Positions 25,781 through 35,592 of a stretch of DNA of 40,596 nt are shown piece after piece; the first letter of the stretch is position 1; each line of letters opens with the position of its first letter. The position numbers were made by a program, and so were the translations under genes. Source of the stretch: Trichomonas gallinae (Eukaryota); NCBI GenBank assembly GCA_008369845.1, contig MRSU01001919.1, positions 1 through 40,596 on the forward strand, written 5' to 3'. The notes under the pieces are model-generated. The model did no database searches. It had not been told where the DNA came from and saw only the letters and a program-made list of their open reading frames with translations.

Positions 25781-27173
25781 AAGATTGATGAAACTCTTGT
25801 TAAAAATATATAAATATGATTATAGGATAATATTGCTTAAACTCCAATTGATTTTAAACAAACTCGATAAACTGACCGTTTGCAAAACAAGAGTTATAAT
25901 GATGTTAAAAGTTGAAAATGGCAAGAATTTGTATGCTTAGTTATAATTTTGAATAAACAAAGTTAGTTCTCTTCATCATATTTCAAAATTTAGAAATATA
26001 CTTTTTTAATCAATAAGAAGCAGTAAAATAGGATCTGGATATGATTATAAATCTCTTTATATTCTTGCCAATATCATATCTGTTCATAACAAAAAAAGTT
26101 GCAATCGATCATTCTAAGAATATCATAAATTCACAAATTCTCTTCAGATTATGAATGGCTACAACATATTTCATCACCTTTTGGTGCAAATCATATCACA
26201 ATGTTGCTGGATTGGCTTGGATAGAATTGAAGCAAGTACAAAAATTAATCCTCCTTATCTATTATCATATCTAGTAACATTTGATTTCATAACACATAAA
26301 ATTTTTACTGTACGGACTATCATTCAATAAAATTCATAAAATATAAAATAATTGAAATATGTAATTCATGATATATCAGATATGGTGAGATATATGAGAT
26401 GAACAGATAATAATGAAATTAACCTTGAAATTTGACATGGAAATCCAACTTAGAGGTTTAACTAGATATCTTTTGTAGATCATCATCATCCAATTTTTCA
26501 AAATATTAAATAACTAAAATTTTGACATTTTTGAGAGCGAAAAGTCTCTACTTTTCAATACTTCTAGATCTCATTGAAAATCATAATTTTAGAATTTTAA
26601 TAAGTTAAAATAATGATATTACTAATAAGAGTAGAGCAAAAACATCATCGCGATTAAAAAGTGACACGAACAAATATTATTAAAAATGGACTCATTATTA
26701 ATAGTAAATTCTAAAATTCACTTTTAGATTTTTGTGATACTTTTGAACACTAATTTTGGTTATATCTGATTTGTCAATTTACATCTATATACCATAATTA
26801 TAAGTGCAAAAAATAATCCCCATTCAAAAAATAATTCATGAAATTTTGAATGTTCTCAGAAAAAATAATCACCAATCAACTTGATAAATTGATTACTAAC
26901 ATATAATAGATCGTAGTATTTAAACCCATTGAATTTTATAAATTTTCAATGTTAATAACAATCGGATAATTTTAATATTCTATTAGTTCACTGTAAATTC
27001 ATCCAAAATTTTTTTCAGATTTTGAATAGTTCTCAAATATGAAATTTTCGTATGAGTACAACATCATCTGTATTTTCGCTTGTGTAATCTTTTTAGTTAT
27101 GTTTGGCTTCATTTTCTATGACTGACGGATTTTTTCAATGTGTCATAGAAAAATCGATAAAATTCTGTTGAAA

Positions 27174-27178
27174 TCATT
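27174..27178 (+). promoter_or_regulatory. Initiator (TCATT) of the Myb gene at 27202
   Basis: TCATTTT begins 28 nt upstream of ATG 27202. Confidence 0.65.
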
Positions 27179-27201
27179 TTTATTAATTGTCGCGAAGACC
27201 A

Positions 27202-27747
27202 ATGCATCCCAAAACAAGCACAATGAAAGGAAAGAGATTCACACCAGAGGAAGACGCACTCATCAAGGAGCTCGTCGAAGTTAAGCACATTACTCCTTGG
27301 GCAGCTGTTGCGAAATACTTACCAGGCAGAACAGGAACACAGTGCAGAGATAGATACAACACATATCTTTACTGCGATATTTCTACTAAAAACTGGACAG
27401 CTAAAGAGGATAAGATCATCTTAGAAAAATACAAAGAGTTCGGACCAAAATGGGTAGCAATTTCTCATTTCCTCCCAGGCAGAAATGGCAATAGCATTAA
27501 GAACAGATGGAACAAGGCCTTAACGAAGTACCACGGTATCCAGCACAAAGACCAAAAGTTCGAGAGAAGATCCAAGAAGAAGAGCAACTTTGTTAATCAA
27601 GACGAACTTTATAGCTCAAGCGACGAATCATCTGATGATGTCGTCGTTTCCAATCAGATGCTCGATCAGATCTTCAACTCGATCGGTGCTGAATTAGAGT
27701 TCTCCCAAATATTCGGTGGCCACATTGACGCAGATATCCTCTTTTAA
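27202..27747 (+). CDS. R2R3 Myb-like DNA-binding protein (181 aa from ATG)
   Basis: FTPEEDALIKELV..WAAVAKYLPGRTGTQCRDRYNTYL and WTAKEDKIILEKYKEFGPKWVAISHFLPGRNGNSIKNRW. The ORF track starts at TTG 27187; the first ATG is 27202. The stop lies within TAAA, the trichomonad poly(A) signal. Confidence 0.95.
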   Translation: MHPKTSTMKGKRFTPEEDALIKELVEVKHITPWAAVAKYLPGRTGTQCRDRYNTYLYCDISTKNWTAKEDKIILEKYKEFGPKWVAISHFLPGRNGNSIKNRWNKALTKYHGIQHKDQKFERRSKKKSNFVNQDELYSSSDESSDDVVVSNQMLDQIFNSIGAELEFSQIFGGHIDADILF

Positions 27748-29660
27748 AGACGCCATCAGAACACAAATTTGTAATATTCACCAATTCCCCATTCATTATT
27801 GTTATTCTTATTGATTGTTTAGAGTTTAATCTGATAAACAGTTCAATAATACCATGATATTAAAAATCTATCGCTTTTTTAAAAAATCTTATAATAAACG
27901 CTCCCATTCCTATTTATTTTTCTAAACACTCTATGAAATTATTCTATGAACTCTCACAAAAGTGTAATATAAAGTTAATGATTCGACAATTGAAACCTAA
28001 AATTCATCGTGAAAGAGTATATAATTCTGCACCGGAGGCCCTATATATATCAATTATATAACAAAGTATAAAAATATAAAAAATCTTATTTTTTGACAGT
28101 TTCAATTAATTTTTGTGATGCAGTATATGCAGATTATATCAGTAATTTAGAATGCTATACTGTTTGTAATTTAGTTTCAAATGCGAAACTTGCGAATATC
28201 TCAAAATCAATAGCAAAAAAAAAAATCGAGCCGATATTCTATAGAGGAAAATGTTTTATGATCTAGCACCCAGAGCTTAGCTGTATATGGGTGTGAAAAG
28301 CCCATAATGATTACAAATTTGAATTTGCTCAATTAATCTCATTGTATTTCGTAATGACTGGTCTTCAAAAACACTATTTTAGAGAGTATATAGCGAGGAT
28401 TTGAAGAGAGCGATGCGCCAATTTTATTATCACAAAAGTCGCACTTTTCAGTATACTGTGAAAATGAGTCGATTCCAGCAAAATCTGACAGGTGAGATCA
28501 TCAATGACCTGTAATTTTTCATGGAACAGTTATTTCTCCATGAGTGAACAGTCTTATATGGATTGTATAGCACGGTTTTTTCGAATTTCTAGCGATTGCA
28601 TGAAAGTTGTTTGAAAATTTCCAGACTCAAAAGTTGAATAATCGACCGTAGGTCATTGACTGATCTTCATTGAGTTATGATGAATTGTATTTAGACATTT
28701 TGGCTGGCATCTTTGAAGTTATATTAATCAAAAAAAATGATTATAGTATAATCCTATGGGATTATGGCAGATATCTTTTTAGACTGAGATGTATGGAATA
28801 GACAACGGCAAGTAAAGTTATAGTTTATTAGTCAAGTTTTGTGAGATAAATTTTCATATAAAATAGAGTTCTATAATTACAGACCACGCATATAAAATAT
28901 AGAAATGTATTGTATGCCAGACGAATGAAAGCGCAAGGTTTTCTCTTTAGTGATGCTCTTGAGATTGTTGACAACTAAGCATTTTTTCACTGTATCTATT
29001 CTAAATATCTAGTTATGATGTTTGATATTTATTATATAAATGTGCAAAAAATGAAAGGGCAAAATTGATCCCTCTCAATTTTGAAATTTTCGTCATCGAA
29101 ATTAATAGCAAGATAATTGTGTTATTTAAGAATTTCAAAAAAAATCCTGACTTTTGAGACGATTGAATTAACACAATATCGATATTGAGTTTTCACATAC
29201 TCATGTAGTACTCTAATATTACTTATTTACGTTTTTGTATGCCTTTGAATTGAAAAGTTTATTTCAAAGAAAATATTGCTTGTTTTGTTCGTTAATCGTA
29301 TCTTATGACCTAAAAAATACCGAGTTGTAATAATAATTGATTATACAATTCAAAAGTAGATTCAATAGAAATTGTATATCAGTACTATATGATTAATGAA
29401 ATTATCAAGTTTCGACAAATTTATTTTTTGTGTAATTTACGCAAACCTACTCTATTTCATTTATTGATTTTTTTTAAACTAATCAGACAAGCATGGTATA
29501 ATATGATTCAATCTCCGTCAAAATTCTTTTATACAAAATCGATGATTTTATTATATATAAGTAGTCACAGAGATTTTCTGCAAAAACTGACCTCACAAAT
29601 TTTGAATGATTTTCTTATTAACAGAATTTTTAAAAATTAAAATAAAAATAACACTCCCAC

Positions 29661-30377
29661 ATGAAATTTCATCGGACAACACTGCAAGTTGACTTGGAGT
29701 ATTTGCCGTTGAATCAGAATGGAGTACCCCAATTCTTGCCGCTTGTTATCGAATTTATCAAACAAAATGTAAATTGCGAAGGATTATTCCGTATAAATGG
29801 TAACAAAGTCCTGATTAAAAAGATAAATGAAAGTCTTTCTCAACACATACCATCTATACCTGAAGATTCATCTCCCCATGATGTTGCTTCTTTTCTTAAA
29901 GTATGGGTTAAAGAATTGCCTGTTCCTCTTATCAACCCACAAATCATTACTAAGTTTTATAATACCGAATCGCCCACGGCCACAGTAGACGTTCTTCAAC
30001 ATTTGTCAAACGTCTCGAGAAAATGTGTAGCTATGATATTTAACCTCATCAGAGAAATTATCAACAACTCGGGTGTCAACAAAATGGCATATGAGAATAT
30101 TGAAATTTGCTTCTTCTACGCCCTCACGCAAGTTTATAAAGATTTTCCAAAGGGATTCCAATTCAAAACTTTCTTTGTTGAATCCTGCGGACTCCTCAAT
30201 GAGGACGGCACAGACTTTGAGTTCAATTCCAATGTCGGCGTCAACTCTTTAATTCGTCCAAAGTCCAGAGCTTATCGATCTCAGATGACAGCTGTACAAA
30301 GAAGATGTGTAGGCATTGCCGCACCTTCCACATTTAGCCTAGATAATAATGATTCGTCCTCAAGTTTAACTTTCTAA
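29661..30377 (+). CDS. RhoGAP domain protein (238 aa)
   Basis: GVP..L..VIEFI, EGLFRING (arginine finger), PHDVASFLKVWVKELPVPLI, NKM..ENI.ICF. Confidence 0.92.
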   Translation: MKFHRTTLQVDLEYLPLNQNGVPQFLPLVIEFIKQNVNCEGLFRINGNKVLIKKINESLSQHIPSIPEDSSPHDVASFLKVWVKELPVPLINPQIITKFYNTESPTATVDVLQHLSNVSRKCVAMIFNLIREIINNSGVNKMAYENIEICFFYALTQVYKDFPKGFQFKTFFVESCGLLNEDGTDFEFNSNVGVNSLIRPKSRAYRSQMTAVQRRCVGIAAPSTFSLDNNDSSSSLTF

Positions 30378-31489
30378 GTTATATTATATTGTCACTATTA
30401 TTTATCATGTAATTGTCGCGTTGTCTTTGAATATATTTAAATTGTTCATGGAATTTAGTGAATCAAAAGAGATCTTTTAGGTTCTCTATGGTTTGTTATT
30501 TTTTATTGACATGTGAAAAAATTTTGACTAACTCTTTTGCCATTGAGTTGTCGTGCTGCTGAGCAGCCAGATTCTCCACCGAATTCCTGGCAGGTTTCGA
30601 TTATCTAAAATTTCATAAGTCATATTTTTCGCCAAAATCACGTGTAATAGATAGTGTATAGGGTAAAATAAATGAATCTTGAACAAATTATCATTAACAT
30701 GGAAATATGAAGTTTTTCAAAAATATTTCTATAATCTATGAGTTTATATCTTTAGAAAAAGTAATAAGTAGCATATGGGTAGTTATGATATAACACGTAA
30801 AATAGTTGTCGCTATAGTAACCGTAAAAAGTAAAGTCCACTTTCTCTCAATATTGAGACTTTTTTATTATTTTTCTTCCATACTCTTACTCGTGTAAACT
30901 TCAGAAAAAGTTCAAAAGGACTCAGAAAAAGAAATGTAATGTTTCATGTAGATTTTAGTACGAATCTGTCGATTTTATGATTTGTACAAATTTTGAGTGA
31001 TTTTTTCGGCAAATCAAGTCATAAATGCATCTTGTATTCGTCAAATACTACTCTATGACGCATCTTGCAGCTTAGGCAAAATCTGATGTAGTAGGAGAGC
31101 ACCATAAATGCTACTATTCGAGTGTAAACTCTCCAGTATATAATGATCTTCCCCCTTTATTTGCCATCCCCTGCATTATATACATTGAGAGTTCGCTGTC
31201 AAATTCAAAATTCGCCGAGAAACTGACGGACAGTATTACTTTTTTGATTATAAGAGTGTTATCCGGACTTGTTTTTGCGTTAGTGTCAATGGAGAGTAAA
31301 TCAAATTCTTTTTGCTTTAGTTTTTATTGGTCAAATTTTATATCAAAATTCGTTTGATTAAAACCAGCGATATTTCTCATTTATTAAATCATCTATGAGG
31401 TCAATAGATTTGTAAAAACTTGTTTTTGATGAGATTTAATAAATCCGTAAAATAAAAATTTTTATAATATAATTAAAACAGCGCAAATG

Positions 31490-31906
31490 TTACAAGAATT
31501 GGTAGATTGGTTCCTCTGGAATTGGATCACCAGATTCAACGTACATATTTCTTCTATTTCTAGGTGAGCGAACTTGTATTGGAGATTTTGGCCTTTGATC
31601 TTGGAATCTTTTGAGTGTTTTCGCTAAATCGTAGCTGTCTAATGTACTGTTGCTTTCGTAGTTCTCGTCATGAGATCTTCTTCTATTTTTAAGCTCTACA
31701 AAAGTAGTTTTCGAGAGTAATTCGCCGTCTTCTTTTGGAATAGACAACCTGATCTTCTTTGCGTTCTCCACATTTCTCTTCAGCGCTGTAATTCTTAGAG
31801 GAGATCTCTGCTCACTCATAGGAATGCTGCTCCTCTTCGTGTTAGGTTTAGGAGCAAGAGGAGTCCTGGGCCTTGGCATGCCGAGAGAGTTAAACTCTTC
31901 AGTCAT
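31490..31906 (-). CDS. Hypothetical basic, probably disordered protein (138 aa)
   Basis: ATG-started, GC-richer than its flanks, several S/T-P sites (RTP, RSP, KSP); no domain recognised. Confidence 0.75.
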   Translation of the reverse strand: MTEEFNSLGMPRPRTPLAPKPNTKRSSIPMSEQRSPLRITALKRNVENAKKIRLSIPKEDGELLSKTTFVELKNRRRSHDENYESNSTLDSYDLAKTLKRFQDQRPKSPIQVRSPRNRRNMYVESGDPIPEEPIYQFL

Positions 31907-31991
31907 ATTTTAAAGATTTTTAAAAAACAAAAAAAATTGAAAACCCGTACGTTTGTTGTACAGAAAAAATTGAAAAAAACACTTCATCTTT

Positions 31992-34802
31992 TTATTTCTT
32001 TTGCTTGTTTTGGTTCCTTTTGAGCTCTGCTTTTACTTCTCTCTTGATCCGTTGAGCAAGACTACTTTTTCCGTTTTTCGATGACTTTGTCATGGTTGGC
32101 TGGTCATCATTCGCCTTGTCTACTTCTTCCTTCTGTATTTCTTCCCGTTCTTCTTTAGTTTCGTCCGGATTTTCAGATTGCAAATTCAGATTTGCATCCA
32201 ATTCCTTAAGCGCGAGGTTGATACGTAGCTTTGTGCCTGAGTCGATCGCTCTCTTCGATGAAGAAAGCTGTTTCTCGGCAAGTGCAATTAAATCTAAATT
32301 CTGTTTGATCATCATCGCGTATTTGATCTTGCGATCGAATACTTCTGGATCAAGGCCAAGAGTTTGCATGGTCTCGTTCGCTCTTTGTGCTTCTTGCTTG
32401 ACTTTGAGAATTTCTTTCTTATTTGTTGCTTTGAAGGCTTGGATGACTCTCTTGGTAGAACCATTATCATCTGAGTCACCGCTTGAATACTCTTCTTCAC
32501 GCTTTATATGTTTTCTTGCATGAATCTTGTGAATGCGTGGTTTTCTTCCCTTTCTTTCTCCGTCCTCTTCCTCTTCATTATCAGCAAGGTCTTCCTCATC
32601 ATTAACTTCGACGACTTCGTTCTTTGTATTTGATTTCTTAGATCTCTTAGGTTTTTCTGCTTCTTCTGGCTCCTCTTCGTCATAATCGAGTTCGTGCATC
32701 TTCTGTGGAGATCCTTTCTTCGATCTTGAAGCTGATTTCTTTTCGACTTTCAGAGATTTGGATTCTGGTTTCTTTTCTTCGTTATCATCAGAAGAAGAGT
32801 CAATCAGGAGTTTCTGGGCAGTATTGGAAGCCCTATTTTTGCCTGGTGAAGATTTCTTTGATTTTTGAATTGAATTATTTGAATAAGACTCTTTAATTGG
32901 ACTCTTTTGGGTATTTTCTTGGTCTGGTGATGAAACTTTCTGCTTTTGTTCGTTTTCTGATGAGGAATCTAACGAAATCTTCTTAATATTGACTTTTTCT
33001 TCTTCTGAAGAAGTATCTATCAAAGATTTGACAACCTTCTTGGCTGTAAGATGATCATCGCCAGCAGATGATGAAATTTCTTCGTCTTTTCCGGATTTAT
33101 TATTTGATTTCTTAGATGTTGAAGATTTCTGTGTAGAAGGAGCGATTTGTTCGTCTTCTGAAGTCGATGGGTCTGTATTTAATAAATCGTGTGCTTTCTT
33201 TTGCAATATTTTCTCTTCTTCAGAAGAAGTGTCTAAAATCGACTTCTTCTGCTTTCTGTTGACGTCCTCATTGTCTGATGATGACATAATTGAGATTTTG
33301 TTGCCTCCTAAATTAATTAATTTTTCATCATCAGACAAATTCTTTTTATTGTCGTTGGTATCTGTAGTATCGGTCTTCTTTTCGACGCTGGTTGTATTTT
33401 CTTCCGAATTTTCGTTAATATCATTTGATGATTTTTCTTGTGATTTACCAAACAGCCAGTTCTTGACTGATGTAACAACCTTAGCTGTCGTGGATTCGTC
33501 CAGTTCCTGCTGTTCGTCTCCTTTCTTTTCTGCAAGTTCAGTGTTGTCTTCTTCCATATTATCTTCTGATTCTGCCGGCTTAGCTTCGGGTGGAGGAGGT
33601 GGAACTGACGGTTTATCATCGTCATATTCAGATGAACTCGGTGAATCCGATATTTCCGGCGGGCGAGGAAAGAGCTTGTCGATAGTTAAACCACTCGACT
33701 GCGAGGAGATTCTCTTGAATCTTTCGTCCTTATCGTATAAATTGTCGATATTATCTGATGAAAATGTTTTTTGCATAGGTTTCGCTTGATTAAAGCCGAG
33801 GATATCATCACCTTGGCCCTTTGGTAGCTCCTGTACCTTTGGTCCTGGTTGGCTATCGAAAAATAGTAAATCTGTTGAATTTTGCGTTTGTTGAGGTTTT
33901 CCTTCAACCTTTGTGTCGAGGCGAAGTATGTCGACTGGATTTGCTTTTTGTTCTGGCTGTTTTGGTGGATTTGTATCGAATAATAATAAGTCATTAGTAT
34001 TTGGCTTTTGTTCTATCTTAATCTCAACATCATCCTTCTTTTCGTCATCAGATGATGAAGCAATTGTCTTTTTCTGCGGAAATCCGATTTCATCATCAGA
34101 TGAATCATTTTTAGCATCTTTGCCGGCATCTTTTGCTGATGCCTTTGGTGGTAATTTAATTTCGTCGTCAGATGAATTGTTATCGATCAATTTCTTCTTC
34201 GGAGGCAAATCTTCGTCAGAAGATTCGAGAATTGTCTCCTTTTTAGGTTGCACTGGTAACTCATCATCTGAGCTATCAAATGCTGGCTTCTTAGCCGCTG
34301 ATTTCTGAAGAGGAACATCATCAGAATCGGAATCAAGCAATTTTTTCTTAGGTGCTGGTAATTCGTCATCAGAGCTTTCAAAAGCTGGTTTTCCTCCGCT
34401 TTTCTTCGATCGCGGCTTCTGTAACAAATCATCATCATCATCCGAATCTGATGCGATTGCCTTCTTCTTTGGCGGTAAATCATCATCATCTGAGCTCAGT
34501 ACTGGTGCTTTCTTTCTAATTGATGGAACTTCAACAGAATCGGAGTCTGAAACTTCAGGACGTTCTATTTCAGCGATTTTCTCATCATCAGAACCTAGTT
34601 GTGTCAATTTCGGCTTAATTCTGATGTCATCGTCATCCGAATCTGTAAATTTCTTGTGTTTTGGAAGAGGGATATCATCAGAATCACTGGAAATGATTTT
34701 CTTTTTCGCTTTGAACGCCGGATTTTCGTCTGAGTCGCTGCTATCGAGCAACAACTTCTTCCGCCCTTTGTTCAAAATCTCTTCATCTGATGATGAATTC
34801 AT
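31992..34802 (-). CDS. Low-complexity Asp/Ser/Lys-rich protein (936 aa) with SSDDE-type repeats, clathrin-box-like motifs and a C-terminal helical region
   Basis: Long uninterrupted ORF; repeated KK-(hydrophobic)-(D/E/S)SSD(D/E)E units; DLLLFD and DLLFFD; PPPPP tract; stop within TAAA. Confidence 0.9.
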   Translation of the reverse strand: MNSSSDEEILNKGRKKLLLDSSDSDENPAFKAKKKIISSDSDDIPLPKHKKFTDSDDDDIRIKPKLTQLGSDDEKIAEIERPEVSDSDSVEVPSIRKKAPVLSSDDDDLPPKKKAIASDSDDDDDLLQKPRSKKSGGKPAFESSDDELPAPKKKLLDSDSDDVPLQKSAAKKPAFDSSDDELPVQPKKETILESSDEDLPPKKKLIDNNSSDDEIKLPPKASAKDAGKDAKNDSSDDEIGFPQKKTIASSSDDEKKDDVEIKIEQKPNTNDLLLFDTNPPKQPEQKANPVDILRLDTKVEGKPQQTQNSTDLLFFDSQPGPKVQELPKGQGDDILGFNQAKPMQKTFSSDNIDNLYDKDERFKRISSQSSGLTIDKLFPRPPEISDSPSSSEYDDDKPSVPPPPPEAKPAESEDNMEEDNTELAEKKGDEQQELDESTTAKVVTSVKNWLFGKSQEKSSNDINENSEENTTSVEKKTDTTDTNDNKKNLSDDEKLINLGGNKISIMSSSDNEDVNRKQKKSILDTSSEEEKILQKKAHDLLNTDPSTSEDEQIAPSTQKSSTSKKSNNKSGKDEEISSSAGDDHLTAKKVVKSLIDTSSEEEKVNIKKISLDSSSENEQKQKVSSPDQENTQKSPIKESYSNNSIQKSKKSSPGKNRASNTAQKLLIDSSSDDNEEKKPESKSLKVEKKSASRSKKGSPQKMHELDYDEEEPEEAEKPKRSKKSNTKNEVVEVNDEEDLADNEEEEDGERKGRKPRIHKIHARKHIKREEEYSSGDSDDNGSTKRVIQAFKATNKKEILKVKQEAQRANETMQTLGLDPEVFDRKIKYAMMIKQNLDLIALAEKQLSSSKRAIDSGTKLRINLALKELDANLNLQSENPDETKEEREEIQKEEVDKANDDQPTMTKSSKNGKSSLAQRIKREVKAELKRNQNKQKK

Positions 34803-35592
34803 TTTCTGTCAGTTTTTAATCTTCACATTTCGCTTTTATTAGGCATGTTATGTTATAACAAAGCGTTTTTTCGAGTAAAAACACGAAATTGTTTTGAAAA
34901 GTATTTTTCAGTTGAAATAATGCAAATATAGACCGAGAATAGTCAAAGAATCACGTTTTCCGGATTTGTTGGGAGTTTGATCATCGGGTTAAAAAAATCT
35001 TTACATCGAAAAAACAAAAAATATAAAATTCTTTAGAGATTATAACATTTTTGCATTGATTTCCTCGGGATAACAAAGAATTAAAATTTTCAACATCTTC
35101 TATTTTACATTTATATACTCTATACATATTATTTTTCGTGTTTTCATAAATTTTGAGATAAATTCAATTATTTCTCATTAATTACTACCGAAAATAAAGG
35201 ATTTGAGTAAATATTTTTCATTTAAACAAGTAGATAAAGAAAATGTTTAGTTGTTTCCTAGTAAAAAGTCTATAAAAAACAAAATTTTATTAATGAAATC
35301 AATAAATATCAAAAATAACGATTAATCGTAATGGGACTATAATGGGATACGATGAGGTGGATCTAATGGTAACAGAGAATTGATTTAATTTGCGAAATTC
35401 AAATTTGACATTTTTTTATTTGTTCAATAAAAGAGCTGATATAAGGTAGATTAGCATCCTATAGATTATAAAATTGGTTTTCGATGAACTGTGACGATTT
35501 TTCGTGATTTTTTAAAAATTTGATGATATAAAATCAAGAAAACAATAACAAAAAATGAACAAAAAAACAAGTTTTAATAACATAAACAAGAG

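Noticed and set aside
29389..29640. 83 aa ORF just upstream of RhoGAP
   Set aside because: Non-coding-like composition and no motif; it occupies the expected promoter region.
30625..30637. TTTTTCGCCAAAA as a second E2F site
   Set aside because: Imperfect match, lying between convergent 3' ends rather than in a promoter.
32092..34842. Antisense and alternate-frame ORFs over the 936 aa gene (similar ones overlie other genes)
   Set aside because: Shadow ORFs caused by the codon bias of the real gene.
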